Shown here: positions 1 through 11,573 of the stretch, piece by piece
Numbering within the stretch: the stretch's first letter is position 1
How the letters are laid out: each line of letters opens with the position of its first letter
Assembly: GCA_029717555.1 (NCBI GenBank)
Contig: JAMDHS010000049.1
Coordinates: 124,001 to 164,269 of the forward strand
Direction of reading: 5' to 3'
From: Peribolospora baueri
Lineage: Eukaryota
Length of the DNA stretch: 40,269 bases
Program-made: the position numbers and the translations under genes
The notes under the pieces: model-generated
What the model saw: only the letters and a program-made list of their open reading frames with translations
Told to the model about the DNA's origin: nothing
Database searches by the model: none

Positions 1-3000
1 CAGTTGCTCGCAGAAGGCGTCTTGGCGCGGTGACACTGAAGGGCGAAGCCAAGGAACAGCTCGACGAGATCTCGACTGGCGAAGCCGGCCCTGACGGTGA
101 TGGCAAGACGCTTCAAGAGCACCGCATCTCTGTCGTCTTTCCGCGAAGGCCAGCCGTATGGCTTCGGGGGACAGCAAGAAAGGAGGTCGATCGAGCCGGA
201 TCGGTCGAAGCTCTCACGCACTTCCGAAGGTGAAGGGAGGACTGAAGGGAGCAAGTCCTCGCCCAAGATGCGGATGTCAGAAATAAGGTCTGAGGTGTCC
301 GCGCAGGAGAGGGAGTCGAGCAGCCACAGCCGATAATCCAATTTGTCATCGGAGACCACTGAAGGCCCGTAATGTTCCCACAATCGCTTGACCTTCGCCC
401 GCCGCTCCCTCGGGCTCCGAACATCCTCGAGCCACCGGTTCAGGTCTGATTCGGCGCTGTCCTCCCACTGTTTTCGTTTTCCGAAAAGATATGACTGAAG
501 AGCGTCCTTGGGTGGAAGGACGGCCGCCTCGAGGCGCTCGAATAGTACCGGCGAGATCTCGCGGAGCGACGGCTGCCCGCGGTTGGCGCGAAGCTTTCCT
601 CGTCGTCGAGGCCTCTTGGCAACTCCGACGCGGAGGCGCGGGTCGTGAAAGATGCGATTCGAAAGCCTGTCGACATAGCGATCAGACCTCTGCAGCACCC
701 GCTCCCTCGCGTGTCCGCACTCCTCCAGGAATCTGCCCACCACGCAGGCTAACCTGGAGGGCACTACGACGCGGTCGAGGCCCGTGTCGAGCGGGGGAGG
801 CATCAGCTTGTTAGAGGATGAGCTTTGAGTGTAGTCAATGAAGACACCATCGACTTGAATGGCCAAGTAGTCCTCAATGCAGTGAACGAGGGGATCGAGA
901 AGCAACGCGGCCATGCGCTCGACGTCTTCAGCAGCGGCATTATACCGGGTGAGTTGCACGAGCAGGGCGACCCTCTTGTGGACGACCTTGAAGAGCATCG
1001 TCCCGACACGTTCGTACTCGTCGTCTCCATAGTCCGGCTCTATGCATGCAAGCCTGGTCTCGGCAACGAAGATCTTGATGGCCTCATGAGACGAGCGCAG
1101 CTCCTCCTCTAGCTCCGCCAAATCCGCTTTTCCGTTGCGTTGCATGGTATACAAACTCTTCCTTCCGCCCACTAGCGCGTCTGACAAAGCCAAACTTAGC
1201 GACGGGATGACGTGATATCTGGCGACCGACCCATAGACCGTCCGGCGCGCCTGGACGTCCTTTCTGATTCGCTCGAGGCACCACCGCAGCGTGTTGAGGA
1301 AGAGCTGAGGGTTTCCAGCCGCAACGTTCGCGGCCAAGAGGAGGACGACATGGACGTTGAGCTGCCTCAGCGACGCTGTCTTTGAGCGGGTCGCATCACG
1401 CTTATAGTTGGCGATCGCTGCCACCGTGGAGCTTTGGCTTTGATTTTGGGTTTGGCCTTGGCCGATCCGAGGTGCGCCCTCCCACCAAGCGCGCACAATA
1501 GCCTCATTCACCCGGCCCACGCGCTGGCGAACCTCAGCTTTCGAAAGGCCTCCTTCGCTTTCCCACGCCTTACAGTCGTCATAGGCAAAACAGCCTGCAT
1601 AAGACATGCCACCCGTTTTGGGTAACACCTTCGACGCGAACCCAACCTCGGGCCACGAGACGGGGCAGAGGCCGTGACCTGAGACGATCGAGGGCGACGC
1701 AATGAGCGCGGAGAGAAGAGCGTGGGCCTGGGAGGAGAGGAGCATCGTGAGAAGGAGCGGGTGGAGGCCCCTGGTGCGACCGAGAGATAACGGCAGACCG
1801 GAGAGCATCTCCCTCCCTTGTGCGAGCCGAGCGTCGGAACCTACACCAAGGGCCGAGGAGGCCTCGGAGCGCACCTCGTCCGATGTGCTAAGATCCACTG
1901 ATGAAACGAGCACGCCCGGCTCGCGGTCTTTCCCTTCTCTTCTCCTCGCCTCAGCGCCGTCGGCATCAAGAAGCAACCTGATAAGCTCCCACCTCCACTC
2001 CCTCGGCACCGTCCAACACACGCCCAGGAGCGGGAATCGTTCCTCACTGCATTCCCATATGTCATCCACCTGTGTGTGGGTTGAGCCCCGCTGGTCGTCC
2101 GTGGAGAGGTCGAGCTCGTCGGCGGCGATGTTGGAAGCAAACCATCGGAGAATGGCCCGGGCGTCGGCGGCAAGGGCTTCGAAGCGCTGATGAAGGCTTT
2201 GCGCGGAGGCAGAGGAGGGCTGCGGGGCGACTTGGCTCGACTTGCTCGCCCTCTCCATCGATTTGAGAGCAACCTTGGCCTTGGCCCAAACGGTCACCGC
2301 AGTCAGCAATGCCCTATGTACGAAATACCAGCTCCACCCGTGTTCCGTCGTGCTACTAGACGCCTCGTCGAGAGAGGCTACCGAAGCGGAGACAAAAGAG
2401 ACCAGGCGGATGGTCGTCTCGAGGTCGGAGAGCGTGTGAGAACTCGCGTCCAACGAGGGCGCGGAGGTCGACCATTCCGGAATCTGCTCGAGCGCGCGCC
2501 TCCCTCTTCTCCTTCTCTTCTCCTTACTACCCCTCTTGACTCCAGTGAAGAACACCTCGTCGGCAAGACGAAAGAGGTGGCAGACTCGTGCAACGGGCGT
2601 GGAGAGGCCAAGGGGATCGTCCAACGGTCGGCGATCGCGCTCGTCTTCAAAGACGTCTTCATCGTCGTCGGTGACGGACCCTTGCGCCAGAGCTTGAAGT
2701 TGATGCCGGTCAGCCTCGGTTCGTCGCACGACGAAGCTTACATAAGCATTGATGAGGGCAATAGCGAACCGTCGCGGAAAGGATAGTCCTGCTGGCGTCG
2801 TTTCCTTCGTACTGTCGGTATCGTGGTCCCCGCACCGAGCCCACACTGGCAGGAAGGCGTCCAACGTGCTCCCGCCGACCCGTGCAGCATTGGAGAGAAC
2901 ATCGAGATCGAGAAGGCTCGTGATGAGCGTGTTCACCGTCTCCACCCTGAGCGAGGTGAGCCCGGCAGCCCCGCTCTTCGACAGCCTCTGGCCGTCGCCT

Positions 3001-3893
3001 CTCGCTCTGTCGCTTCCGGGATCGACAAACTGACGAAGGACGAGGTCAGCTGCGAACCAAGGATGGTTGCGAGCAATGCAGGCCCATGTTCTGGGCGACA
3101 AGTGTTGCCTGACATGACGATTAGATAGGAGGCGCTCCAGGAAGGGAGGCGAGAGGGCGGGGAAGAGACGCTGGAGAAGGGAGAGGTCGGCGCGGTCGGA
3201 GAGTGGAGGGGGCAATGTTGTGAACTTGTCGTGCTGAGCTCCCTCTTGAGTTGAACCGCCTGGAGCGGGGCGCAGGAGGTGAGAGAGGACCTCCTCCAAA
3301 GCGGCGGTCCTTGGATCGTGAGAAGAGGACTGTGTGAGAGGCGTGATCGATAGGCCATGGTACTCCTCGCCGAGGCCGCGAACGAGAGCGTCGAGCGTCT
3401 CCCAACTGAGCGAGTCCATAAGCCGCAACAGACCTAGGGGGCCACCTACGCGGCCAAGGAGGATTCGGTAGGGCACGCCTCCGTTTGCGGCTTTCCCGCC
3501 GATCGGCTTATCGCTATGCCAGAGTTTGGAAAAGAGCACTGCCGCCGCTTTCCTAATCGCGCGCGAGGCGGCTAGAGAAGGATGAGAGAGAGCGTGCAGC
3601 GCCCATTCCGGGCTGGAAGAGGCGCGGAGGAGGGTTACGTAGTCGTCCGGGTGGAGGGCGTTCTCCTCTCCAGGAGGCAAGGAGGACCTGTCGGGGACGA
3701 GGAGAAGGGCGTCAAGGTGTTGGACGAGGGGAGAGGATGGGCCGAGGGAGGCTGGATCGGGGAGGTGCGTGCGGAGGGCGCGAATCAGATGTGCGCGGGC
3801 GCGGTTTGGGGCCAAGGAAGAAAGAAGGGCTGGCGAGAGCGCTTGAAGGAGCGCGGAGGGCACCTGGTGGCCATCATTGCCGTCGGTCGCCAT
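1..3893 (-). CDS. Large intronless hypothetical protein (>1297 aa), 3' end outside the window
   Basis: Manual translation from the ATG at 3893 (MATDGNDGHQVPSALLQALSPALLSSL...) found no stop down to position 3 (...FALQCHRAKTPSASN). It is absent from the ORF track because no stop lies in the window. Leu/Ala/Arg-rich; no family recognised. Confidence 0.8.
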   Translation of the reverse strand, partial: MATDGNDGHQVPSALLQALSPALLSSLAPNRARAHLIRALRTHLPDPASLGPSSPLVQHLDALLLVPDRSSLPPGEENALHPDDYVTLLRASSSPEWALHALSHPSLAASRAIRKAAAVLFSKLWHSDKPIGGKAANGGVPYRILLGRVGGPLGLLRLMDSLSWETLDALVRGLGEEYHGLSITPLTQSSSHDPRTAALEEVLSHLLRPAPGGSTQEGAQHDKFTTLPPPLSDRADLSLLQRLFPALSPPFLERLLSNRHVRQHLSPRTWACIARNHPWFAADLVLRQFVDPGSDRARGDGQRLSKSGAAGLTSLRVETVNTLITSLLDLDVLSNAARVGGSTLDAFLPVWARCGDHDTDSTKETTPAGLSFPRRFAIALINAYVSFVVRRTEADRHQLQALAQGSVTDDDEDVFEDERDRRPLDDPLGLSTPVARVCHLFRLADEVFFTGVKRGSKEKRRRRGRRALEQIPEWSTSAPSLDASSHTLSDLETTIRLVSFVSASVASLDEASSSTTEHGWSWYFVHRALLTAVTVWAKAKVALKSMERASKSSQVAPQPSSASAQSLHQRFEALAADARAILRWFASNIAADELDLSTDDQRGSTHTQVDDIWECSEERFPLLGVCWTVPREWRWELIRLLLDADGAEARRREGKDREPGVLVSSVDLSTSDEVRSEASSALGVGSDARLAQGREMLSGLPLSLGRTRGLHPLLLTMLLSSQAHALLSALIASPSIVSGHGLCPVSWPEVGFASKVLPKTGGMSYAGCFAYDDCKAWESEGGLSKAEVRQRVGRVNEAIVRAWWEGAPRIGQGQTQNQSQSSTVAAIANYKRDATRSKTASLRQLNVHVVLLLAANVAAGNPQLFLNTLRWCLERIRKDVQARRTVYGSVARYHVIPSLSLALSDALVGGRKSLYTMQRNGKADLAELEEELRSSHEAIKIFVAETRLACIEPDYGDDEYERVGTMLFKVVHKRVALLVQLTRYNAAAEDVERMAALLLDPLVHCIEDYLAIQVDGVFIDYTQSSSSNKLMPPPLDTGLDRVVVPSRLACVVGRFLEECGHARERVLQRSDRYVDRLSNRIFHDPRLRVGVAKRPRRRGKLRANRGQPSLREISPVLFERLEAAVLPPKDALQSYLFGKRKQWEDSAESDLNRWLEDVRSPRERRAKVKRLWEHYGPSVVSDDKLDYRLWLLDSLSCADTSDLISDIRILGEDLLPSVLPSPSEVRESFDRSGSIDLLSCCPPKPYGWPSRKDDRDAVLLKRLAITVRAGFASRDLVELFLGFALQCHRAKTPSASN

Positions 3894-4338
3894 GTCGTTT
3901 CTTGGTCGGGAGGACGTCGTCACGTCGTGGTTCTTTACCAGTATGTGTTCTCGGTGTATTTCGCACGTCGAACTTTGTCGGTCGTCGTGGTTGTTGGCCA
4001 AGTCGGACTCGAGTCGTTCGAGTGTCTTGCCTGAGTCAAGTCAGCCCGTTTGCTCGAACTGCGGAATGAGCGGCTAATATTATTGTACGTAATTATACAA
4101 GGTAGGCATGACTGGATCACGACTTGTCCCCATAGCCCTACACTTTCACATAGCCACCTCGCTGGCGCCCATTGCGCCTCTTGCCGGCGGCCGGCATCTA
4201 CGTGTACGTGCACGTGACAGAGGCGCACGGGCCCAGGGACTGGATGTCGATCACCTCCAGGTGCCGATCCACGTACACGACACGCTCCTACCGCTCCTCG
4301 AAAGGAGAGGCCAGACAAGGTCGTATTCGCCCGTCACC
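3894..4338. promoter_or_regulatory. Probable divergent promoter region between the large ORF and aprataxin
   Basis: The two start codons face away from each other 445 bp apart. An AT-rich island (TAATATTATTGTACGTAATTATAC, ~4076-4099) sits in otherwise GC-rich DNA. Confidence 0.4.
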
Positions 4339-5891
4339 ATGTCCCAGCCGTCATGGAGGAGCGCTCTCAGACAGTATGCCAAAAACCCACGGCCGGTGAG
4401 TGCGGAGGAGGGGGAGGAGGACGACGACGACGACGACGACGACGGTGGCACTCAGACCCGAATGTTCCGCCACCCTGCACCGCTCTCACTCTCAGCAGAC
4501 CTCCCTGCCTCCTGGGGTCTATTTTTCTTCGGACGACTACACTGTGAGTGTGCGGGTGCGGGAGAATAAGCGAGTTAGTCGGTTGTGCGGTAGCAGACCG
4601 GCGAAGGATAACGCAACTCACGTACACGTCGTCTACCTGTGCACTCCTCTCCGTCCCCGGCCCCCGCCCTTGTCTTCCTGACACACAGATGACCATTGCG
4701 GATGGCTACCCAAAAGCACAATTTCACTACCTCGTCCTCCCTCGTCTCCCCTTTCTTCTCCCCGCATCCTCCTCCCGTACTCTGCATTCTCCGCCGTCGC
4801 TCTCTACCGCGGGCGGCAAGCTCACGTTTGGCGCCGTCGCCAACGCCTCTCGCACCCTGCCCGCATCACACCTCTCCTCCCTTTCCTCCCTCCTCTCCAG
4901 TACCTACGCCGGGGATGTACTCGACAAGCTCCATGCTGCAGCGAAGGAAACGGAGAGGAGGTTGAAGGGAAAGATGAGGGAGCGCTTCGGCGGTCGGACG
5001 TGGGCCGTCGAGTTGGGCTTCCACGCCGTGCCGAGCATGGACCATGTGCATCTGCACGTGAGCCGTCGGACGAAGACACTCCCTGAACGACCGTATGTGG
5101 TGGGGAACCGAGCGCGCTCATCGAAGGCTTCCTTAATTCGTCCCTCTCCCTCCTATGCTCAGGTCATCTCCTCCGACCTCGTCTCCCCTTGCCTAAAAAA
5201 CAAGAAGCACTACAACTCCTTTCGCCCCGACGGCGGATTCTGGATCCCTCTTGAAGACGTGATGAGATGGGTGGCCGAAGGGAGCAAGGCGGTAGGTCTC
5301 CGCACGCATTCAGCGTCGCTTTTCAAAGCAACCCCGTCTTTTCTTCGCTTCATCATCCCGGATCCCTCTCTCAACTGCTTTCCTTTCTCCTTCACCCAAA
5401 AGCTGCCCCACCCTCCGACATATTACAACGATCTTCTAAAGCAACCCTTGGTTTGCTTTCGAAAGCCCCCATCGCCAGCGCGGTGCGCGTGCGGAGGGAA
5501 AGCCGAGTTTTCGTCGATGCCGAAGCTGAAGAAACACTTGGAAGAGGGGTGGAGGGCGGAGTTGAGCGGTCGGGATGCGGTGGCGGTGACCGAGAGCGGC
5601 GTCAGTAGTTTGGCGCACGACGTCTCCCTCTCCACGGCACGGACGTCGACGACGGGACCGGTGGCGGCGCCATCCAAACGGAACGGCTCGGAGAGCGACG
5701 AGGATGATGATGAAGATGGCACTGGCGACGCGGCGGGAAGGACTAGGAGGGGGAAGAGGACGAAGAGGACGAAATCCGAGCGCGCCGACGATCCAACGCA
5801 GGCCTCGATCGGGGGCCCGTCGAGGCGACTTGAACCTCGACCCGGGGCGCAAGGGGCGGAGGACAGGGAGAGCGAGACGGAGGAAGAGTGA
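4339..5891 (+). CDS. HNT3: Aprataxin-like HIT-family DNA deadenylase (5 exons: 4339-4395, ~4499-4543, 4689-5057, 5163-5291, 5403-5891)
   Basis: Spliced product has DGYPKAQFHYLVLP, GFHAVPSMDHVHLH|VISSD (HIT motif), LKNKKHYNSF and a C-terminal Cys...LKKHLEE zinc-finger-like region. GT-AG boundaries found for all introns. Confidence 0.9.
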
Positions 5892-6735
5892 AAGGATCCA
5901 CCCCGTCAAGTCGTCCTTCAGTCGAGTCCGAGTGCAAGAAAATAATAATCAAAAAAGCGTTGCTCGTCGCGAAAGCCATTTCCTTACTGGGGGGCGGACG
6001 AAAAGCGGGGGACGAACATGATGGTCGAACGGGGAGGAAGCGAGCCCACTCTGAGCGAAGTCGAATCCGAGCATATTGTATCTCGGAATAACCATTGAAG
6101 TCCAACAGTTCGTATGGTTTCTTTTCGGCAGCGTCCAAAGAAGACGTCATGTATTTTCCCGACCTCTTCTCTTGAAAACAAAACGGCCCGAAAGTCATCG
6201 ACGATGAATGGAACATATCGTCCGGACGCCATCTAGGGCGTGAGCCCGAATGACGCGGTCTTTCTTCGATACTACCTCTCTTTTTTTTCAAATTCATAGG
6301 ATATACTCATCGTACTACTCATGTGAGAAACGAGAAAGAGTTTGGAATTCCAAACGTGTGGGAAGAGAAGTCTTCGGCCAAAAACCGACGTCTGTTTGAT
6401 GAAATGACGATGACATCCTCCTTCTGGTTCAAGAGGATAAATATCTATCAAACAGAGAAAGACCTGAGGCGCAAGTAGATCGCGGAAGCCATCGGTGCGT
6501 TCCAAGCGAACAATGATCGGAGACTTCCCTCTGCGGGGGGCCGGGCCGCTGCCAATAGCCAGCATATTGGCAGCAGGGTCGAGGTGGCGCTAAGCCGCAA
6601 GAGACGGCCGTCGAGGTCCAAGGGATTGCCAAGGTGCCAGGCGGCGCGCCACCGCTCGTGTGCACATCGCACGTACGCTGGAGTGCCAAAAGCCATCGGG
6701 TGGAGGGCCCATGCCGTCTGCGTCGACGGCTGAGG

Positions 6736-7227
6736 TCATGTCGTCGTCCCCTGCCTGCGCGTTCGCCCCTGGGCGAGCGGTTGCAGTTGTTGTTGTTGTT
6801 GTTGTTGTTGCTGTCGTCGTTGCTGTTGTCGCCGTCGGTGGTGATCAGCCAGGTCGTCGCGCTCGACGCGGGCTTTGCGGATGCAGTGGCGGACGTAGAA
6901 GGCGAGCGTCTAGACGAGCGCGTGGGGTGGCGATGGGAGATGGTGGGGAAGAAATAGGCGGGGAAGAGGTAGATGCGGGACGGGCGGGTTGAGGAGCGGA
7001 AAGAAGGGGAGCGGAAGAAAAGCGAGCGTTTGCGCATGGCCAAACCGACGGACTGGACTGCCGCACTCGAGCGAGAAGGACGGCGAGAAAAGGACGGAGG
7101 AGGGCTGCTCACTCACCACGGCCATAGAGAAGGCGGCGGCGGGGGCTAACCAGCCTCGGCGGCGGTGCCTTGGGGCGGAGAAGTTGCGAAAGAGGCGAGT
7201 TGGGCCGTTGACGTCGTCGTTCTTCAT
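6736..7227 (-). CDS. Small (94 aa) single-TM protein with polyQ tail, 2 exons (7227-7117, 6909-6736)
   Basis: A GTGAGT donor at 7116 and a CTAG acceptor at 6910 join in frame: MKNDDVNGPTRLFRNFSAPRHRRRGWLAPAAAFSMAV|TLAFYVRHCIRKARVERDD...QQQQQQQQLQPLAQGRTRRQGTTT*. The hydrophobic segment spans the splice junction. Confidence 0.65.
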
Positions 7228-8297
7228 CGAGGAGCCAAGCAAGATCGGGCGGGGAGGGATCGTTGCTATCTTATCTGGAACAGCATGGAGAGACGACACC
7301 ACGGCGCACTGTAATGCATGTAAAGTATGTACAATATGCGCTTTACCGCGACATCGCAGTACACGCCGGCGGCTCTCTTCCCCAGCTTCGGCCTTTTCTC
7401 GGGCCGGGAAAAAATAACAGTCGGGCTCTAGTCAAGGTAGACGCGGGGTTAAGGAGGGAGCGCTAGCGGCGATTAAGGTTCAGTCAATGCTTGTTGTCAT
7501 CCTCTCTCGTCTCTGCTTTCGCTCCCGACGCGGACGCGGACAACCGGCGGCGCACCCGGGGTGACTGATGATGTCACGGACGGCGACGTACATTCGCTCG
7601 CTCGACACGCGTCCGGAGGGGCGCAGAGTGGGTAGGAAAACACGCTTCTTCCTCTCGAGGTGGTGAACTGGAAGAATTGAATTCGTGCCGCGGCAGACGC
7701 CGTCCATGCACCGTCCATCCGTTCGTCCGTTGTGACGACGTGTAACCGCCGTGGTCAGGCCCATCGCATTCGACGCCCACCGCCCACCGCCGCGAGCCGC
7801 GCGGGTGCCTCTTTCCACCCGCCCATGACGAAGCCGGCGAAGGGGAGGGTCGAGTGCGCGTGGGCCTGAACCGTCTATACACGTACGTACCTACGAATGG
7901 CGCACCAGTCGGCGGTCCCTTCCTTCCTTCCGTTCCTTCTGCGTACCGCTCGTCGTGCATACAGTATACTAGTGTGTGCTGCGCGTTGCCGAGCGGAAGG
8001 AAGGAAGGAGGCGTGCGAAGGGAGTGATGGTATGCAAGCACCGAGTCGAATATCTCGGCCGCATGTGTGCTCGCGACAGTCGGAAGCCCTCCTCCATCGT
8101 CCAGCCGGCTCGGCTCATCTCCGATCCTGCTGGCCGCCCCCTGCGCGCCTTTATTTACGGTCCGCGCCCGATGGGTTGGGGTCGGGCGACGCCATGCCGG
8201 CCGGCGCCCAGCCGCCCCACGGTTAGGGCCGTCGGACGACAAACAAGACGGCGCGCGGCGAGCCGAAAGAAAAGAAAAATAAATAAATAGGCGACTA

Positions 8298-8336
8298 ACC
8301 GAACCGAACCGAACCGAGCCCAGCCGAGCCGAGCCG
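8298..8336. repeat. Pentanucleotide microsatellite (CCGAA)n grading into (CCGAG)n
   Basis: Sequence aaccgaaccgaaccgaaccgagcccagccgagccgagccg; a similar (GAACC)n array lies at ~33681-33724. Confidence 0.8.
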
Positions 8337-9593
8337 CATTTTCGCATCTGCGTCCCTGGTCTGCAGAGTCTGGTCCGCCAAACCGATCAAGTAGTGTATG
8401 CACGTCCTGTGTCGTGTGTGCGCGTAGCCTCTCCTCCTTCTTCGCCTGGCTCGACGTCTCGCTATGGAGAGGCGCCGTCGGTTGTGACGGGACGGCACGG
8501 ACAGCGGTGCGCGGTGCGCGGCCGCGGTCTGTCTGTTGACCTGCACGTCGTAAAGTACGGTACGTAGGCGCACGTCACGCGGCACATGACCCATATGGAC
8601 CGTACCGTACATCACATGCAACTAGATGGTGGGCGCGGCGGGCGGCGAGGGCGCAAGCAAGTGTTTTTTTCTTGGAAAGAAAGAAAGAAAGAAAGAAAGA
8701 AATTAAAAAAAATGGCTCGCTTCCTGGGTTGATAACGGCTTGCGTGCGTGCGGGCGTCGGACGCGCAACAAGTCGTTGCCGGTCGGCGCTGGCCGTCGTA
8801 ACACTCCGCTTGGCTTCGGTCGAGCGAGGGCAAGCACGGCCCGCGCGCACTGTATGAACGACGGCTGGCGTCGGCACATGTGCGCATCTCCTCCTTCCTC
8901 CCTTCCTTTCTTCCATCGGCGATCCCAGTAGAGTGGTCAAAGAAAGAAAGAAAAAAAAAAAAAAAGGAGCCCGAATGCATCCGGCGCGTGTTGCCGTAGG
9001 GCGAAGGCGAAGGAGAAGGAGAAGGCGAGCGGAGCGGGACTGGACTGGCCATGTAGCCAGTCAGCGTGGGTTTTGCGGAATTGCATCCTTCCATCCGACG
9101 ACGCTGGACGTCCCGGTGGTGGTTCGATGAGGTTGTGGAGGGCCGTAGGAGGCCGGGCTGCCTTTTCTGTGCTGTACCGACGGACCGACGCGCTATGTGT
9201 GCCTGTGTGTGTGCCTGTGTTTGTGTCTTGTCTGTCTGTCTGTGTCCGTCTGTCTGTGTCCGCCGTCACGCTCCCTCCCTCTCGCGCGCGCGCGCGCGGC
9301 GGAGAGTTGCTATCGGCGGGTCGGCACGAGACATGGAGCGTTGGTGGGGAGGGAGGCGCGCGTCAGAGAAGAGAAGAGAGGAGGGGTGATCCGTCAGTCG
9401 AATGGAAAGAAAAAGGCAAGGGAGGCGACGTTGGGTTGGGTGTTGGGAACGACAGGGGCGCATGAGAAAACATGACCGGTATAGAGACGTGGGACGGGCG
9501 ACGAGCGGCGCGGGCTGGATAAGCGGTCCGGAGGAGCGAAGGAAAGGGAAGGAAGGGAACGAGATGCGACGGTGGGCGTGCTTGCTTGCCGTC

Positions 9594-9596
9594 TTT

Positions 9597-9632
<36 letters not shown>

Positions 9633-9641
9633 TCGTTCGTT
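9594..9641. repeat. (TTTC)n microsatellite
   Basis: About 9 copies of TTTC followed by GTTC units. Related arrays at ~8676-8700 (GAAA)n and ~10435-10474 (TTTC)n. Confidence 0.85.
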
Positions 9642-10433
9642 CAACCGTCTTCCCACCCCCTTCCTTCTTCCTTCCATCCAACGCAGTGGAAAGAAGAAAA
9701 CAAAACAATCGAAAGGATTTGTTTGGGCGAACGAGCGACGACGGCGGAGCAGCGACGACGACGATGATGATGATGACCTAAGGAAGGCCCGCTCCGATAC
9801 GCCGCTCCTTTCTTCCTTCTCTTTCTTCCAGCACTCGTCGTTGTCGCCGTCGCCGTCGCCGTTCGTTTACTCGTCCGACGACGACCCACTACTCGTCTTC
9901 GTCTCCGTCTCCGTCTCCGTCTCCTTCCTTCTCCCCGTTCCCTCCCTCCCTCTCCTCGTCCTCCTCACCCCCCACTCACCCGCCCGCCCCTTCCCGCCCT
10001 CCTTACAAACCTTGCCCGTCGCTCCCCCTCTCCTCGTCTCATCACGCTTGCTTAATTGCTTGCAAGTGCATTTCTTAGTCCCCTTCTCCGGCCCCATCCC
10101 CATCGCCCTCCCCGCCGGCCCGCCTACCCGCCTGCCCGCCTCGGACGGCCCGACTTTGATTTCTTCTTCTTCTTTCTCCTTCCTTCCTTCCCTCTTTCTT
10201 CTCTTCCCGCCCGCGCTCCATCTCCCTCCCTCCTCCTCCGTCCTGTCCCCCGCCCGCTCTCCCACTCCCTCCACTCTTCCTCCCCTAACCCTTCCTTACC
10301 GCCGCCTACACCACGCCCTCTCTATCCGAACCGCGCCTCCTCCTCACGCAAGCCAACTTTTGTCAGCCAGCTAGCCCGCCAGCCGAGGTGAGTGGGTGAG
10401 AGAGTGAGCGGGCCAGCTTTTTCGGTCTCCTTC

Positions 10434-10476
<43 letters not shown>

Positions 10477-11573
10477 CCTTCCCCTTCGTCGCGCCCGTCG
10501 CACGCCTCCTCTCTTTCTCTTCTTAACCTTCCAATCCACCCGCCTCTCCTGTCCGGCGAGCGCTGTGGTGTTCGACGATGGCGCCGTCGATCCGCCGACC
10601 GTCGCCTTGTTTCTTCCCCCCTTCTCCATTATTATTTTTTTCTTCTTCTTTTCCACCTACCTCCCCCCGTCGTCGCCGTCGCCGTCTCGCCCTCGTACGG
10701 TGGCCATGTCATGTCATGTCGGTCGCCGTCGCACCCAGTTCTCAGAGTGCACGGCCCCCTTCTCGTTCTCGTTCTCGTCCCCGTTCTCCTTTTCCTTTTT
10801 CTACCCCGACCTCTTTTCCTTCTCCTCCTGCTGGTTCCCTCTCCTATTCCTTTGGCCGCTGGTTACCCTTCCCTCGTCCCTCTCCAACCATCCGTCACCT
10901 GGCTACCCCGCTCCACTCCAACCTCACTTAAACTCCATTCCCGCGCCCCTTTCCGGTTTCTTCCCACTCTTCTTTCTCCGCTCCCCTCATTGTCCCTTCT
11001 CCCTCCTTCTTCCATTCCACTTTGTCACCTCTCCTTCTCACCCCTCCTCCCTTCTATCGTCTCTTTCGCTTACCCTCCCCTCTTCCCCTCACCGCAGTCT
11101 CCTTCACCGCCTTTGCGCACCCCTCAACGCGCTTCCTCCCCTCTTCCTTTCCCTCCACCCTCCTCTTCCGCTGCACCCCTCCGCTCGCCCGCCATCGCGG
11201 GTTCCACTCGTCGCGTTTGAAGGTGAGCATAAAGACGGCACCCCAAGGGTAAGGGGCGGGAAAGGCGAAGTGAATGGATGGGAACGGGAGGGAAGGCCAC
11301 CGAAGAGGAAGGGAAGGAGGTGAAAGCCAAGCTGGGTGGTGACGACGGAAGAAGCGCGTTGGAAGGGACACGCACGCGACGAGCGACGAAGACTCTTTGC
11401 CCGGTTGACCCGTCGTCGTCGGCTGGCCTTTGATCGCTGACCATTTTCCTCCTTTATCTTTTTTTTTTTTTTTTTTTTTTTTTCCTTCTATCTCCCTCTC
11501 CTCTCTTTTCTTCTATCTCCCTCTCCTCTCCTTTCTTCTATCTCCCTCTCCTCCTCTCCCCGCCGATTTCAGC

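Noticed and set aside
30..3128. Many short ORFs on both strands
   Set aside because: Shadows of the single long minus-strand frame 1-3893.
9586..11323. Long Ser/Pro/Leu/Phe-rich ORFs (262 and 252 aa)
   Set aside because: By-products of C/T-only low-complexity sequence lacking stop codons; no domain-like content.
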